Shown: positions 46,737 to 56,180 of the stretch, piece by piece | Layout: the number at the start of each line of letters is the position of its first letter | Position numbering within the stretch: the stretch's first letter is position 1 | Origin: a virus | Taxonomy: Duplodnaviria > Caudoviricetes | Length of the DNA: 64,000 bases | Virus record (IMG/VR): IMGVR_UViG_3300048861_000079 | Span: 22,932-86,931 of that record | Strand: one strand, 5' to 3' | Position numbers and translations under genes: made by a program | Notes under the pieces: model-generated | Seen by the model: only the letters and a program-made list of their open reading frames with translations | What the model was told of the DNA's origin: nothing | Database searches by the model: none

Positions 46737-47870
46737 ATGGCTCTCAATCCCGCAATCCGCAAGATGGTCTCCACCGCCAAGGCAAAGTATGCCGGTAACA
46801 CCGGCAACGCCGCCAAGCCGAAGGAAGGCCGCAACGTCTACCGCATTCTGGCACCGACCGCCGCTCAGGCTCCCTGGGTAGGTGATAGCGGCCAGTTCTG
46901 GGCAGACCTCGGCGTCCACTGGATCAAGCCTGGTAAGAACGACAAGCCGGTGGCTGTCGTTGGTGACTGCGACACTGTTTATCAGCAGCCGTCGGTCATC
47001 AATACCGCGATCGAAATGGCGATCAACGCCGCCTATGACGAAGACTCCAAGAAGCTCTACGAAGAGTGGAAGGCCCGCAAGTCGGTGCTCATCAACGTCA
47101 TCAATCGCGAGAAGGACGAAGCAGAAGTCCTCGAACTGACCCCGACCACGTTTGGCAAGGTGCTTGACCTCATCACGCTTTATGCGGATGCCGGCCAGGA
47201 CATCACCGACCCGAACGATGGTGCTGACATCGTCATCACCCGCACGGGCAAGGGTCTCAACACCAACTACGACGTGGCGATCGCTCCGGTCATCCCGACG
47301 GCACCTTTCAAGAAGGTTCCGGCCGATATGCTGACGCGCTCGACCGACCTCCACCAGTTCATCGCATCGAACTTCTTCCGCGGTGAAGAGCAGAAGGCCC
47401 TCAACTTCATCGCGTCCATCGCTGGTGTTGCTGTGCCGCGTCTGGGTGGTCCGGCTGGTGCCGCTGCTGGCGTGAAGACGCCGACGGCCGCTCTGACCAG
47501 CTCGGCTGCGTCTGTGGAAGGTGCGAAGGTAGAGGATAACTCCGCCGCTGAAGCCGAAGCTGCTGCCGCAGCCGCCGCTGAAGCTCGCCTGGCGGCTGCC
47601 CGCAAGGCTGCTGCCGAGAAGGCTGCAACTGAAGCCGCCGCTGCCGCTGCCTCCGCAGCTCCGGCTGTCGATCCTGTCGCTGCAAAGCGCGCCGAAGTCC
47701 TCGCCCGCCAGAAGGCCGCCGAGGAAGAACTCGCCGCACTTGAAGCTGCCGAAGCGGCTGCCGCTGCTCCGGAAGTCGATGCTGCATCTGCAGCGCCCTC
47801 GACCGGGATCTCCTCGCTGCCTGCTTCCGAGCAGGACGCGATCCTCGCTGAGCTTGATAACCTCATGTGA
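46737..47870 (+). CDS. single-stranded DNA-binding protein (gp32-like), Ala-rich tail
   Basis: KPKEGRNVYRIL...VHW...INV...D.TDP..G.DIVITRTG.G..T.YDV. Confidence 0.7.
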   Translation: MALNPAIRKMVSTAKAKYAGNTGNAAKPKEGRNVYRILAPTAAQAPWVGDSGQFWADLGVHWIKPGKNDKPVAVVGDCDTVYQQPSVINTAIEMAINAAYDEDSKKLYEEWKARKSVLINVINREKDEAEVLELTPTTFGKVLDLITLYADAGQDITDPNDGADIVITRTGKGLNTNYDVAIAPVIPTAPFKKVPADMLTRSTDLHQFIASNFFRGEEQKALNFIASIAGVAVPRLGGPAGAAAGVKTPTAALTSSAASVEGAKVEDNSAAEAEAAAAAAAEARLAAARKAAAEKAATEAAAAAASAAPAVDPVAAKRAEVLARQKAAEEELAALEAAEAAAAAPEVDAASAAPSTGISSLPASEQDAILAELDNLM

Positions 47871-47903
47871 TCTGCCGATCGCGGTCCCTCCCGCGATTTG
47901 GTC

Positions 47904-47936
47904 GAGACCTCAGAAGTCGCGTTCTGAGGTCTCTTT
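47904..47936 (+). terminator. intrinsic terminator after SSB gene
   Basis: GAGACCTCAGAA-GTCGCG-TTCTGAGGTCTC then TTT. Confidence 0.7.
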
Positions 47937-48000
47937 ATCGGCACTTGCGTTGGTCTCTCACCTCCATCGCAAGTGCCTCTCTATCTGATTTGAGGCTTCC

Positions 48001-48990
48001 ATGTCAAAGAACTACCTCCTGATCGACGGTAATAGCCTCGGTCACTATTACAACAATGGCGCCAAGCTGCACGTTGGCGAGACCCAGGTTCAAGCCATCT
48101 ACGGCTTCCTGCGCGGTTTCCGGCAGCAGGTCGCGCTCTATCAGACCTATTCCCCAATCGTCCTGTGGGACGGCGTCTCGTGGCGCAAGCTGATGTTCCC
48201 GACTTACAAGGAGATCCGCGACCGCGAGGAAACCAAGGCTGAGATCAAGCTTAAGGAAACGAAGGACGCCTACAAGAAGCAGGCGCCGTATATCCGCAAG
48301 GCTCTCGGCTTCCTCGGCATTCCGCAGGTCTCGGCGACGAACATGGAGGCGGACGATCTCGGCGCGATCCTGGTCGACCGCTATTCAGCCCAGGGCGGCA
48401 AGATCGTCATGATCACCGGCGACAAGGACTGGCTGCAGCTGGTTGGCCCGAACGTCGTCTGGAAGGATCCGATCCAGGACCGCCTGGTCAACCTGACCAA
48501 GATGAACAAGGAAGGCACTCGGACGATGTTCGAGGATCTGACCGGCGTCGATGACGTCAAGAAGTTTGTCGAGGTCAAGGCGCTGTGTGGCGACACTGGC
48601 GATAGCGTGCCCGGCGTCGGCGGTGTCGGCCAGAAGGGCGCGGTTGAATTCATCAACCAGTATGGCTCCTTCGCCAACTTCCTGAACATGGCGATCCTCG
48701 AGAAGTCGATCGACCTGAAGAAGCTTCCCAAGAAGCTTCGCAACCTCGTGGAAGATGAGGAAAAGGGAATCATCTTCAAGCGCAACATCGACCTGATGGA
48801 TCTGCGCACGCCGGTTCGGCCGGCACCCCTCAACCTGGTCGTGGACAAGGGCAACCCGTCCTACGAGAAGTTCCACCAGTTCTGCGAACTCCTCCTCTTC
48901 AAGTCCATCACCCAAGAGCTTGCGGATTGGCTCCGCGTGTTCCCCGCTTTCCGCGAACTCGAAACCATCGGCGAGTCCCTCGCCGCGTAA
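48001..48990 (+). CDS. 5'-3' exonuclease/flap endonuclease (T5 D15/T4 RNase H-like)
   Basis: LIDGNS, EADD, GDKD, GDTGDSVPGVGGVG. Confidence 0.9.
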   Translation: MSKNYLLIDGNSLGHYYNNGAKLHVGETQVQAIYGFLRGFRQQVALYQTYSPIVLWDGVSWRKLMFPTYKEIRDREETKAEIKLKETKDAYKKQAPYIRKALGFLGIPQVSATNMEADDLGAILVDRYSAQGGKIVMITGDKDWLQLVGPNVVWKDPIQDRLVNLTKMNKEGTRTMFEDLTGVDDVKKFVEVKALCGDTGDSVPGVGGVGQKGAVEFINQYGSFANFLNMAILEKSIDLKKLPKKLRNLVEDEEKGIIFKRNIDLMDLRTPVRPAPLNLVVDKGNPSYEKFHQFCELLLFKSITQELADWLRVFPAFRELETIGESLAA

Positions 48991-49000
48991 AGGAGACTAT

Positions 49001-50089
49001 ATGAGCAGCGCAGCAGATATCATGAAGGCGCTTGTCGGCGTCATCGGCGACAACGACGAAGAGGCAACGGTTAAGGACTGGCTCGATAGCGGCTTCCCGC
49101 CGTTGAACAACGCCTCGAGCGCCGACTGGAATGGCGCGATCCCTGTCGGTCGCGTGATTGAAGTCGCCGGCCCGCCGTCTGCCGGCAAGACCGCGATCGC
49201 CACCAATGCCGGTGCCATGGCGCAGGCGATGGGCGGCGTGTTCGGCTTCATGGACCATGAACGGTCGTTCTCGTTCCATCTGGCAGAAAAGCTCGGCGTA
49301 GATACGACGCCTGGCCGATTTATCTACAAGAAGCCGAGGACGTTCGAAGAGTCCGTCGCTATCTTCCACCTGACGGTCAAGACGATCCGTGAAAAGAAGC
49401 TGATCGCTCCGGACGCGCCGATTGTGTGGGTCTTCGACAGTCTCGCCGCGATGGTGCCGCAGTCGATCCTGACCGACAGCAAGGGCAAGGAGCGTGAAGC
49501 AACCGATCGCAACATGAACGACAACACGGCGCTTGCCCGCGCGACGTCGGCCCACTTCCCGGCTATCGCCATGATCGCCGAGGAATATAACGTCGCGGTC
49601 ATCTTCTTGAACCAGATCCGCACCAAGATCGGCGTCATGTTCGGCGACCCGCGCAAGACCACCGGAGGCGATAGCCCTGCCTTCTACTTCTCCCAGCGCC
49701 TCTGGCTCTCGGCGTCGAAGATCAACGACAAGAAGACGGGCGAGACGATCGGCATGGAAGTCACCGGCACCTACGTTAAGAATAAGTGTGCCCGTCCGTT
49801 CGCCAAGGCGAAGTGGCGCTTCATGTTCCAGGCTGACGGCACTGGTCGTTTCGACGCCGAGCGCTCGACGGTCGAGTTCCTGAAGGAGCTCAAGCTGCTG
49901 ACCGAGGCCAAGCGCTCCGGCTATTATGTCTTCGAAGGCAAGGAATACACGCTGGAGCAGCTCGCTCGCCACGTCGAGGCGGAAGGCCCCGCTGGCTTTG
50001 CCAAGCTGAAGGCGCTCCTGCCGTCCAAGTATGAGCCGCCGGTTACGGAAGAGTTTCCGATTGACGACGACCTGGCGGATGCTGCCTAG
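49001..50089 (+). CDS. recA: RecA/UvsX recombinase
   Basis: GPPSAGKT, FDSLAA, FLNQIR.KIGVMFGDP..TTGG. Confidence 0.92.
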   Translation: MSSAADIMKALVGVIGDNDEEATVKDWLDSGFPPLNNASSADWNGAIPVGRVIEVAGPPSAGKTAIATNAGAMAQAMGGVFGFMDHERSFSFHLAEKLGVDTTPGRFIYKKPRTFEESVAIFHLTVKTIREKKLIAPDAPIVWVFDSLAAMVPQSILTDSKGKEREATDRNMNDNTALARATSAHFPAIAMIAEEYNVAVIFLNQIRTKIGVMFGDPRKTTGGDSPAFYFSQRLWLSASKINDKKTGETIGMEVTGTYVKNKCARPFAKAKWRFMFQADGTGRFDAERSTVEFLKELKLLTEAKRSGYYVFEGKEYTLEQLARHVEAEGPAGFAKLKALLPSKYEPPVTEEFPIDDDLADAA

Positions 50090-50148
50090 CGTTGAAATGT
50101 GTTACCAGATTGGCGGGGTTACGCCCGCCAATCAAAACAGGAGTAATT

Positions 50149-50622
50149 ATGGAAATCGCTAATCTAGTAATCGCGAATGATACGTATGTCGGCTCGCCTG
50201 ACCTGTATCGGAAGATCCAGCTCCCAACGAAGTATCTCTTCGCTGCATCTGACATGAATACCATTAATGAGTGTGCGCTCTCCCATCTCGGCAAGATGGC
50301 CTCCACAAATTTCAGCTTCCTCGGCGAAACCTGGGAAATTGAAAACCTCCTTGCTCACAACAAGGAGAGAGCTAAGGGCATCTTATTGCCCGAAGAGACG
50401 CAGTGGTTGAGGCTCTTGGAACGGGTGAAGCGCGATCTAGGGTCTATTAATATCGACTCTGCCATTGCCGAAGTTTCGCAAGAAGGAAAGGTTTTGATGC
50501 TTATTCGCATTGAGGCCAGCGAGGGAAATCGTCGCCGCGTAGTTAAACTCGGCGAACAGAGCGGCCCTATTGATACGGTCGCGCCGCATATCCTAATCGA
50601 TGCGATTGAGGCGAAATTCTAA
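50149..50622 (+). CDS. orphan low-GC hypothetical protein (157 aa)
   Basis: CAGGAG RBS; AT-rich codon usage unlike its neighbours. Confidence 0.6.
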   Translation: MEIANLVIANDTYVGSPDLYRKIQLPTKYLFAASDMNTINECALSHLGKMASTNFSFLGETWEIENLLAHNKERAKGILLPEETQWLRLLERVKRDLGSINIDSAIAEVSQEGKVLMLIRIEASEGNRRRVVKLGEQSGPIDTVAPHILIDAIEAKF

Positions 50623-50632
50623 TCCCGAAGCT

Positions 50633-50657
50633 GCATCCCGAGCCCGATTTGCTATAA
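50633..50657 (+). promoter_or_regulatory. class-II promoter
   Basis: GCATCCC-N11-GCTATAA. Confidence 0.65.
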
Positions 50658-50691
50658 CTGAAACAGCAGACAACACAGATCGGGCTCGGAC

Positions 50692-51201
50692 ATGAAGGTA
50701 ATATCAATCTCGCAGCCCTTCGCCACTCTCAAGGTGAAGGGCTTTAAGATTTTCGAAACACGCACCTGGCCTGCGCCGCAAGCCTATATCGGCAAGCCGA
50801 TGGGCATTGCGTCCACCAAGACAGTCAAGCCTGTCGGTCATGAATACTACGCTGACGAACGCTTCCAGCACTATTACGTCAGGACTGGAATGCCGCCGCT
50901 CGAGGAACTGCCCAATGGCTTCCTGCTCGGGCATGGCATCCTCGATTCCGTCGAGCTCATGACTGAAGAATTCATGGATGACGTGTCGGAAGAGGAAAAG
51001 GCATACGGGTTCTGGCAGGAAGGCTTTTACGCCTGGCGCTTCACCAACATGGTTGAGCTGGAGCATCCGATCCCGATCCGCGGCGCCCAAGGTGTCTATG
51101 ACTGGCACGGAGACCTCAATGCCCCGCGTGAAGAAGGTTCGACCCCTCCTCAAGGTGAAGAAGGGGCGCAGACATTACGGCAACATCTACGAGTTGTCTG
51201 A
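50692..51201 (+). CDS. ASCH domain protein
   Basis: ISISQPFA....GFK.FETR.W...IAS. Confidence 0.85.
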   Translation: MKVISISQPFATLKVKGFKIFETRTWPAPQAYIGKPMGIASTKTVKPVGHEYYADERFQHYYVRTGMPPLEELPNGFLLGHGILDSVELMTEEFMDDVSEEEKAYGFWQEGFYAWRFTNMVELEHPIPIRGAQGVYDWHGDLNAPREEGSTPPQGEEGAQTLRQHLRVV

Positions 51202-51523
51202 CGGCACTGAAATCTACATTGCTCTCCGCTACGAGCACCACTTCTTCCGTGGCGGAGAGAAGACCCTCTCGGACGCAGCGCTCGCCGGCAAGCTCGAATG
51301 GGCGCTGGACGATGACACGCTCCGGATGCTGCGCAAGCGCGGTGTCGAAACGGTCGGTGTTCGGGTGAAGGACACCCGAGACCATTACATGACCAGCATC
51401 GAGAATTTCTTCAACCCGCTCATGGTGCGCTTCCATGACTATCGCTCCCGCGGTGGCGAGCTGCAGCGCTACCTAAACGTCCGGCATTTCCTCGTGAAAT
51501 ACGCCCCGATGAAGATTCGCTAA
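51119..51523 (+). CDS. hypothetical basic protein
   Basis: MPRVKKV... with GGAG RBS; overlaps the ASCH gene 3' end. Confidence 0.6.
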   Translation: MPRVKKVRPLLKVKKGRRHYGNIYELSDGTEIYIALRYEHHFFRGGEKTLSDAALAGKLEWALDDDTLRMLRKRGVETVGVRVKDTRDHYMTSIENFFNPLMVRFHDYRSRGGELQRYLNVRHFLVKYAPMKIR

Positions 51524-51532
51524 CAACCGTCT

Positions 51533-51558
51533 GCATCCCACGTTCGCCTTCGCTATAA
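51533..51558 (+). promoter_or_regulatory. class-II promoter
   Basis: GCATCCC-N12-GCTATAA. Confidence 0.65.
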
Positions 51559-51565
51559 CGAAATC

Positions 51566-51585
51566 ATCAGTAAACACTTACTTAG
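51566..51585. promoter_or_regulatory. 20-bp operator
   Basis: ATCAGTAAACACTTACTTAG. Confidence 0.7.
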
Positions 51586-51597
51586 CAGCGAGGCAGA

Positions 51598-52683
51598 ATG
51601 AACTACGGCGTCGTCTCCGACATTCACGCGAATAACTGGAGCGTGTTCTCCTCGATCAACAGCGACGGCGTCAATTCGCGCCTTCGCATCATCCTCAATG
51701 AGCTGCTGCGCGCCGCTGATACGGTCCTGGCTGCAGGCGGCCGGACGTTGATCGTCGCCGGCGACATTCTGCATACCCGCGGCTCGATCGACCCGGAAGT
51801 GCTGAACCCGGTTCGCGACACCTTCAAGCAGATCCTCGCAATGGGCGTCAGCGTCCATGCGATCCCCGGCAATCACGATCTCAAGTCGAAGGATAGCCGC
51901 GAGCTGTCATCGGCGATCCAGAACCTCGAGGAGATCTCGCTCGAGGGCACTGAGTTCCGTGTCTTCAACCAGCCGACGACGATCGTGGTCGATGGGCAGC
52001 TGTTCGGCTTCATTCCCTGGCGCCACACGCGCGACGAGCTCCTCGCCGACCTGACGAACCTGTCGAAGAAGCCTGGCGCGGATCAGATGGATGTGTTCAT
52101 CCACGCCGGCATCGATGGCGTGCTTTCCGGAATGCCGGCGCATGGCCTGACGGCAGACATGCTTGCGAGTTTCGGCTTCCGGAACGTCTTTGCCGGGCAC
52201 TACCACAATCATTGCGCCTTCGGGAACGGCGTCTTCTCGATTGGCGCGACCACGCATCAGGTCTGGGGTGACGTCAATACCAGGGCGGGCTTCCTGATCG
52301 TCAACGATGGCGACGTGACCTGGCATGACACGATGGCGCCGAAGTTCGTTGACGTTTCGGCGATGGATGAGCTGGAGATGGAGGCTGAGTGCCTCAACAG
52401 CTACGTTCGCTTCCGTGGCCCGGCAATGCCGCAGTCAGCAATCACGGATCTCCGGAACGCCTTCAAGACCTGGGGCGCGCTTGGCACGTCCATCGAGGTT
52501 CCGAAGGCCGCTGCCGCCGTCCGTGCGACCGCGAGTCCCTCGACCAAGCGTTCGTTGGCGGAGTCCGTCGATGCCTATGTCACTGAGAGCAAGACGATCC
52601 CGGACCATGTTGACCGGGCGAAGGTTGCAGCGCGCGCCGCTGAAACGCTCAAGCTTTCCCAGGAAGTGTTCGAAGAAGCCTGA
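51598..52683 (+). CDS. sbcD: SbcD/Mre11 nuclease
   Basis: SDIH, GD, GNHD, H, GHYH. Confidence 0.88.
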   Translation: MNYGVVSDIHANNWSVFSSINSDGVNSRLRIILNELLRAADTVLAAGGRTLIVAGDILHTRGSIDPEVLNPVRDTFKQILAMGVSVHAIPGNHDLKSKDSRELSSAIQNLEEISLEGTEFRVFNQPTTIVVDGQLFGFIPWRHTRDELLADLTNLSKKPGADQMDVFIHAGIDGVLSGMPAHGLTADMLASFGFRNVFAGHYHNHCAFGNGVFSIGATTHQVWGDVNTRAGFLIVNDGDVTWHDTMAPKFVDVSAMDELEMEAECLNSYVRFRGPAMPQSAITDLRNAFKTWGALGTSIEVPKAAAAVRATASPSTKRSLAESVDAYVTESKTIPDHVDRAKVAARAAETLKLSQEVFEEA

Positions 52684-52745
52684 CGCTTCCCAAGCGTTGA
52701 CATGCGACTGTGTGTCAACGCTTTGAAATGAATGAGGAAATTATC

Positions 52746-53090
52746 ATGCAGCTCGTGACCGTTCGTTTCACGACCAAGAAACTGTCGTCCGTTTTCGAGA
52801 ACGACGTGAAGGTCCGCGACATTGTGGAAGAGGTTCCGCAGGTAATCGCCGGCATCCCACCATCGACGGCGCAGAGCTACCGGAAGTTCGGCAATTGGTC
52901 GATCGAGCCGTATGTGTCCGAGCCTGATCGAGGCTCTCGCCGCGGCCGTGCCAATCCCAAGGCTTTCGCCAAGAAGGTCATGCGTGAGCATCCGGACCTT
53001 ATGGACCACCTGCACAAGGCAGAGCTGAAGGAGGCGGCTGCGTCCGGCGACCTATCCGCAGCGATCAACGCAGGGCTAATCGATGGCTAA
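52746..53090 (+). CDS. hypothetical protein (114 aa)
   Basis: GAGG RBS before ATG 52746. Confidence 0.65.
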   Translation: MQLVTVRFTTKKLSSVFENDVKVRDIVEEVPQVIAGIPPSTAQSYRKFGNWSIEPYVSEPDRGSRRGRANPKAFAKKVMREHPDLMDHLHKAELKEAAASGDLSAAINAGLIDG

Positions 53091-53310
53091 GGACTGGCGC
53101 GCACGCGATGAACGGCGCCGGCTGGCCGAAGAGGAACGCGAGCGCCAGAACCAGATCGAGGCGGAAGCGATCGCCGCGAAGGACAGAATGGATCTCGATT
53201 ACCTGATCGACCGCGAATGCAACGACATGGAGGATGTTCGCTACATCCTCCGCCGGCTCGCCAAGGCACAAGCTTTGCAGCTGGATCTCATCAAGAGGAA
53301 TTTGAAGTGA
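53083..53310 (+). CDS. hypothetical protein (75 aa)
   Basis: Translationally coupled on both sides. Confidence 0.6.
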   Translation: MAKDWRARDERRRLAEEERERQNQIEAEAIAAKDRMDLDYLIDRECNDMEDVRYILRRLAKAQALQLDLIKRNLK

Positions 53311-55244
53311 AGTTTCCCGAACTCGAAATTGAAAACTTCCTCGCCTTGACTGAGGCGAAGATCAGCCTGTCCGACCGCGGCCTGGTCCTGATCCAGGGCG
53401 AGAACAACGCCAACACGTCCGCGACGTCGAATGGATCCGGCAAGTCCTCGATCGCCGACGCGCTGTGTTGGTGCTGGTTTGGCACGACGGCGCGCGGTGT
53501 CTCGGGCGACGACGTTGTCAACAATGTCGCCAAGAAGAACACCCGCGTCTCCTCGACGGTCGTTGATGGCGCGATCTCCTACACGGCGACCCGCTACCGG
53601 AAGCACAAGACGGGCAAGAACTCCCTGCAGATCGTCATGAACGACGGCTTCAAGGAAACCGACCTGACCAAGGGCACCGACAAGCTGACCCAGGAGGTTG
53701 CGAACCAGATCATCGGCTGCTCGCTCGAGGTGTTCGCTGGCTCGATCTACGCCGGCCAGGAGAAGATGCCGGACCTGCCGGCGCTGACCGACAAGAACCT
53801 CAAGCTGCTGATCGAGGAAGCTGCCGGCACGACCGTTCTGGAAGGCGCCTATAAGAAGGCGCGCGAGCAGATGACGGCGGCCCAGGCGAAGCTCACCGCT
53901 GCGACGGATATGGTCGAGCGTGCGAAGATCCGGATCGATCACACCCGCAACCAGCGGCTCGCTCTGACCGAACAGATCGACAATTGGGACAAGGCGCGTG
54001 ACGCACGGCGCGAAGCGGTAAAGACGCAGATCGGCGCGATGATCCCTGCCCTCAAGAAGTTGCAGGAAGACATCTCCTTGTTCGACGTGCCGGCGATCGA
54101 AGCCGAGATCGCCGAATGCGATGCCAAGATCGCCGCGGTGGATGCAGAACAGAAGAAGCTCCGCGTGCTGGACATGAAGACGGTCGAGGCGAGCGGTTTT
54201 GTCAACTCCGCGGCGCATCGAATGGCGCTGGTCGAGAAGGAGAAGTCGATCATTGAGAGCGAGCTGGCGCGCATCGATCACAAGGTCGGTTGCCCTTGCT
54301 CCGAGTGCGGCCGGCCGATGACCGAAGCCGAGCTCGGCACTGCCCGTGCCAACGCCCAGGCGCGTTTGGACCTGAAGGCAGAGGAAGTGATGGGTGTTCG
54401 GGCGGACTACGACGCGCTGGTTGACGCACAGAAGCTCGCACAGAGCGTCCGCGATGAATTTGCTGCAACGATGGCTGACATCAGTGCGGTCGCAGCCCAG
54501 CGCGCTGCTCGTGAACGTGAGCTTGCAGGTGTCAACGCTCTGATCTCGCGTCAGGAGTTGACGAAGACGCAGGCGAAGAATCTCCGCGACCAGATCACGA
54601 CGATCACGGCCGAGGTGAACCCGTTCGAAGCGCAGGTGTCGACCGTCGAAGAGCAGCTCCGCACCTTCGAAGACGAGTGCGCCGAGCTGGAGGCGAAGGC
54701 TCTGGCAGCCGAGGGCGAGCTTGCGATCGAACAGGAGGTGGTCAAGGTATTCGCGCCGTCCGGCGTGCGCGCCCACATTCTCGACGAGGTCACGCCGTTC
54801 CTCAATGAGCAGACGGCGAAGTATCTGACGACGCTCTCCGACGGCAACATGGAAGCCACTTGGTCGACGCTGACGCCGGATAGCAAGGGCGTCCTGAAGG
54901 AGAAGTTCACCATCGATGTGACCGACGTCACTGGCGGCGACAAGTTCGAGGCCCTGTCCGGCGGCGAGAAGCGCAAGGCTCGTATCGCAACGGCTCTGGC
55001 GCTGCAGGATCTTGTGGCGACCCGAGCATCGAAGCCGATCGACCTTTTCATCGGTGACGAAATTGACGATGCCCTGGATCCCGCTGGTCTTGAGCGTCTC
55101 ATGCTGATCCTCGAGGACAAGGCGCGCGAGCGCGGCTCCGTCTTCATCATCAGCCATAACGAGCTGCGCGACCATATCCGCCAGGTGATGGTGGTCGAGA
55201 AGCAGGCTGACAAGACGACTCGCATCATGGAGACCACCGCATGA
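53307..55244 (+). CDS. sbcC: SbcC/Rad50 ATPase
   Basis: NGSGKSS, zinc hook CSEC, LSGGEK, FIGDE; GTGA-coupled start. Confidence 0.9.
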   Translation: MKFPELEIENFLALTEAKISLSDRGLVLIQGENNANTSATSNGSGKSSIADALCWCWFGTTARGVSGDDVVNNVAKKNTRVSSTVVDGAISYTATRYRKHKTGKNSLQIVMNDGFKETDLTKGTDKLTQEVANQIIGCSLEVFAGSIYAGQEKMPDLPALTDKNLKLLIEEAAGTTVLEGAYKKAREQMTAAQAKLTAATDMVERAKIRIDHTRNQRLALTEQIDNWDKARDARREAVKTQIGAMIPALKKLQEDISLFDVPAIEAEIAECDAKIAAVDAEQKKLRVLDMKTVEASGFVNSAAHRMALVEKEKSIIESELARIDHKVGCPCSECGRPMTEAELGTARANAQARLDLKAEEVMGVRADYDALVDAQKLAQSVRDEFAATMADISAVAAQRAARERELAGVNALISRQELTKTQAKNLRDQITTITAEVNPFEAQVSTVEEQLRTFEDECAELEAKALAAEGELAIEQEVVKVFAPSGVRAHILDEVTPFLNEQTAKYLTTLSDGNMEATWSTLTPDSKGVLKEKFTIDVTDVTGGDKFEALSGGEKRKARIATALALQDLVATRASKPIDLFIGDEIDDALDPAGLERLMLILEDKARERGSVFIISHNELRDHIRQVMVVEKQADKTTRIMETTA

Positions 55245-55483
55245 ACGAGATCAAGCTCACCCGGAAGGAACGATCGGCGATCGTGAAGATCCTCGAAAAG
55301 CACAACACCTATCCGGCCAACACCTATGGCTTTTGGGCTGGAGCAATCGGCGCCAGCAATGCCGCGGCCGCCCGCAGGATGGAGCACACCGGTCTGATCT
55401 TCATCAATCGCATAGCGGACAATTGTTTCCGCTATGGCCTTACGGACGCTGGCAAGGAACGGGCACGAAAGGAAGCGGCATGA
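55241..55483 (+). CDS. hypothetical winged-helix-like protein (80 aa)
   Basis: ATGA-coupled; ARRMEHTGLI...YGLTDAG. Confidence 0.55.
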   Translation: MNEIKLTRKERSAIVKILEKHNTYPANTYGFWAGAIGASNAAAARRMEHTGLIFINRIADNCFRYGLTDAGKERARKEAA

Positions 55484-55779
55484 ACCGGGCAGAACATATT
55501 CTGACCATTCTAGGCGAAGAGGGCGTCGAGGTCGCGCAGCGCTGCTCAAAGGCGCTTCGGTTCGGCCTCAAGGAGCGCCAGCCGAGACATCAGAGCAACA
55601 ACGCCATGCAGATCTACGAGGAATACCTCGACATGATCGCGGTGATGGAAATGGCGATCGAGGAAGGCCTGATGCCGGAGCCTTTCGAGCCGTTCGCGGA
55701 ACAGTGGAAGAAGGAGAAGAAGGCGAAGGTCGAGAAGTTTCTCGAATACTCGCGCCAGATAGGGACGCTCAATGACTAG
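55480..55779 (+). CDS. MazG-like NTP pyrophosphatase-domain protein
   Basis: EEGVEV...SKALRFG...EEYLD. Confidence 0.65.
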   Translation: MNRAEHILTILGEEGVEVAQRCSKALRFGLKERQPRHQSNNAMQIYEEYLDMIAVMEMAIEEGLMPEPFEPFAEQWKKEKKAKVEKFLEYSRQIGTLND

Positions 55780-56101
55780 AACGATCAAGGAAGAAGTCCA
55801 TAACGTCCTCGACGGATATTTCGGCGAGAGCCTCGAGAATTCCGAGAATGAAGAAGTGCTGCGCCAGCACCTTTACGATCCGCTGGTCGAGGTTGCATAT
55901 GAAGCGTTCAAGCGCGGTCAGCAGCATTCCGACGCCCGGCTGCACCGACAGATGAAGCTCGCCCAGCGCCGCGCGGCCGCTGCCAACAAGAACGCTGCGC
56001 GGCTATTCGCGGACTCTGTCGAATGGCGCAACAAGATCCTGGCGCTGAATACCAAGTTCATTGCGATCGCTCCCCATATCCGCGCAATGTTCGGCATCTG
56101 A
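55772..56101 (+). CDS. hypothetical protein (109 aa)
   Basis: Coupled ORF with phage-like codon bias. Confidence 0.6.
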   Translation: MTRTIKEEVHNVLDGYFGESLENSENEEVLRQHLYDPLVEVAYEAFKRGQQHSDARLHRQMKLAQRRAAAANKNAARLFADSVEWRNKILALNTKFIAIAPHIRAMFGI

Positions 56102-56121
56102 CCACCACAACATCTTGTGCT

Positions 56122-56145
56122 TTCCCAGCGATCGACGCGCTATAA
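56122..56145 (+). promoter_or_regulatory. class-II promoter
   Basis: TTCCC-N12-GCTATAA. Confidence 0.6.
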
Positions 56146-56146
56146 T

Positions 56147-56166
56147 GTAAGTAAGCACTTATTAGA
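56147..56166. promoter_or_regulatory. 20-bp operator
   Basis: GTAAGTAAGCACTTATTAGA. Confidence 0.7.
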
Positions 56167-56180
56167 GAAAGGAAACAGCA

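Noticed and set aside
50108-50137. Hairpin as an intrinsic terminator
   Set aside because: No U-tract follows the stem on either strand.
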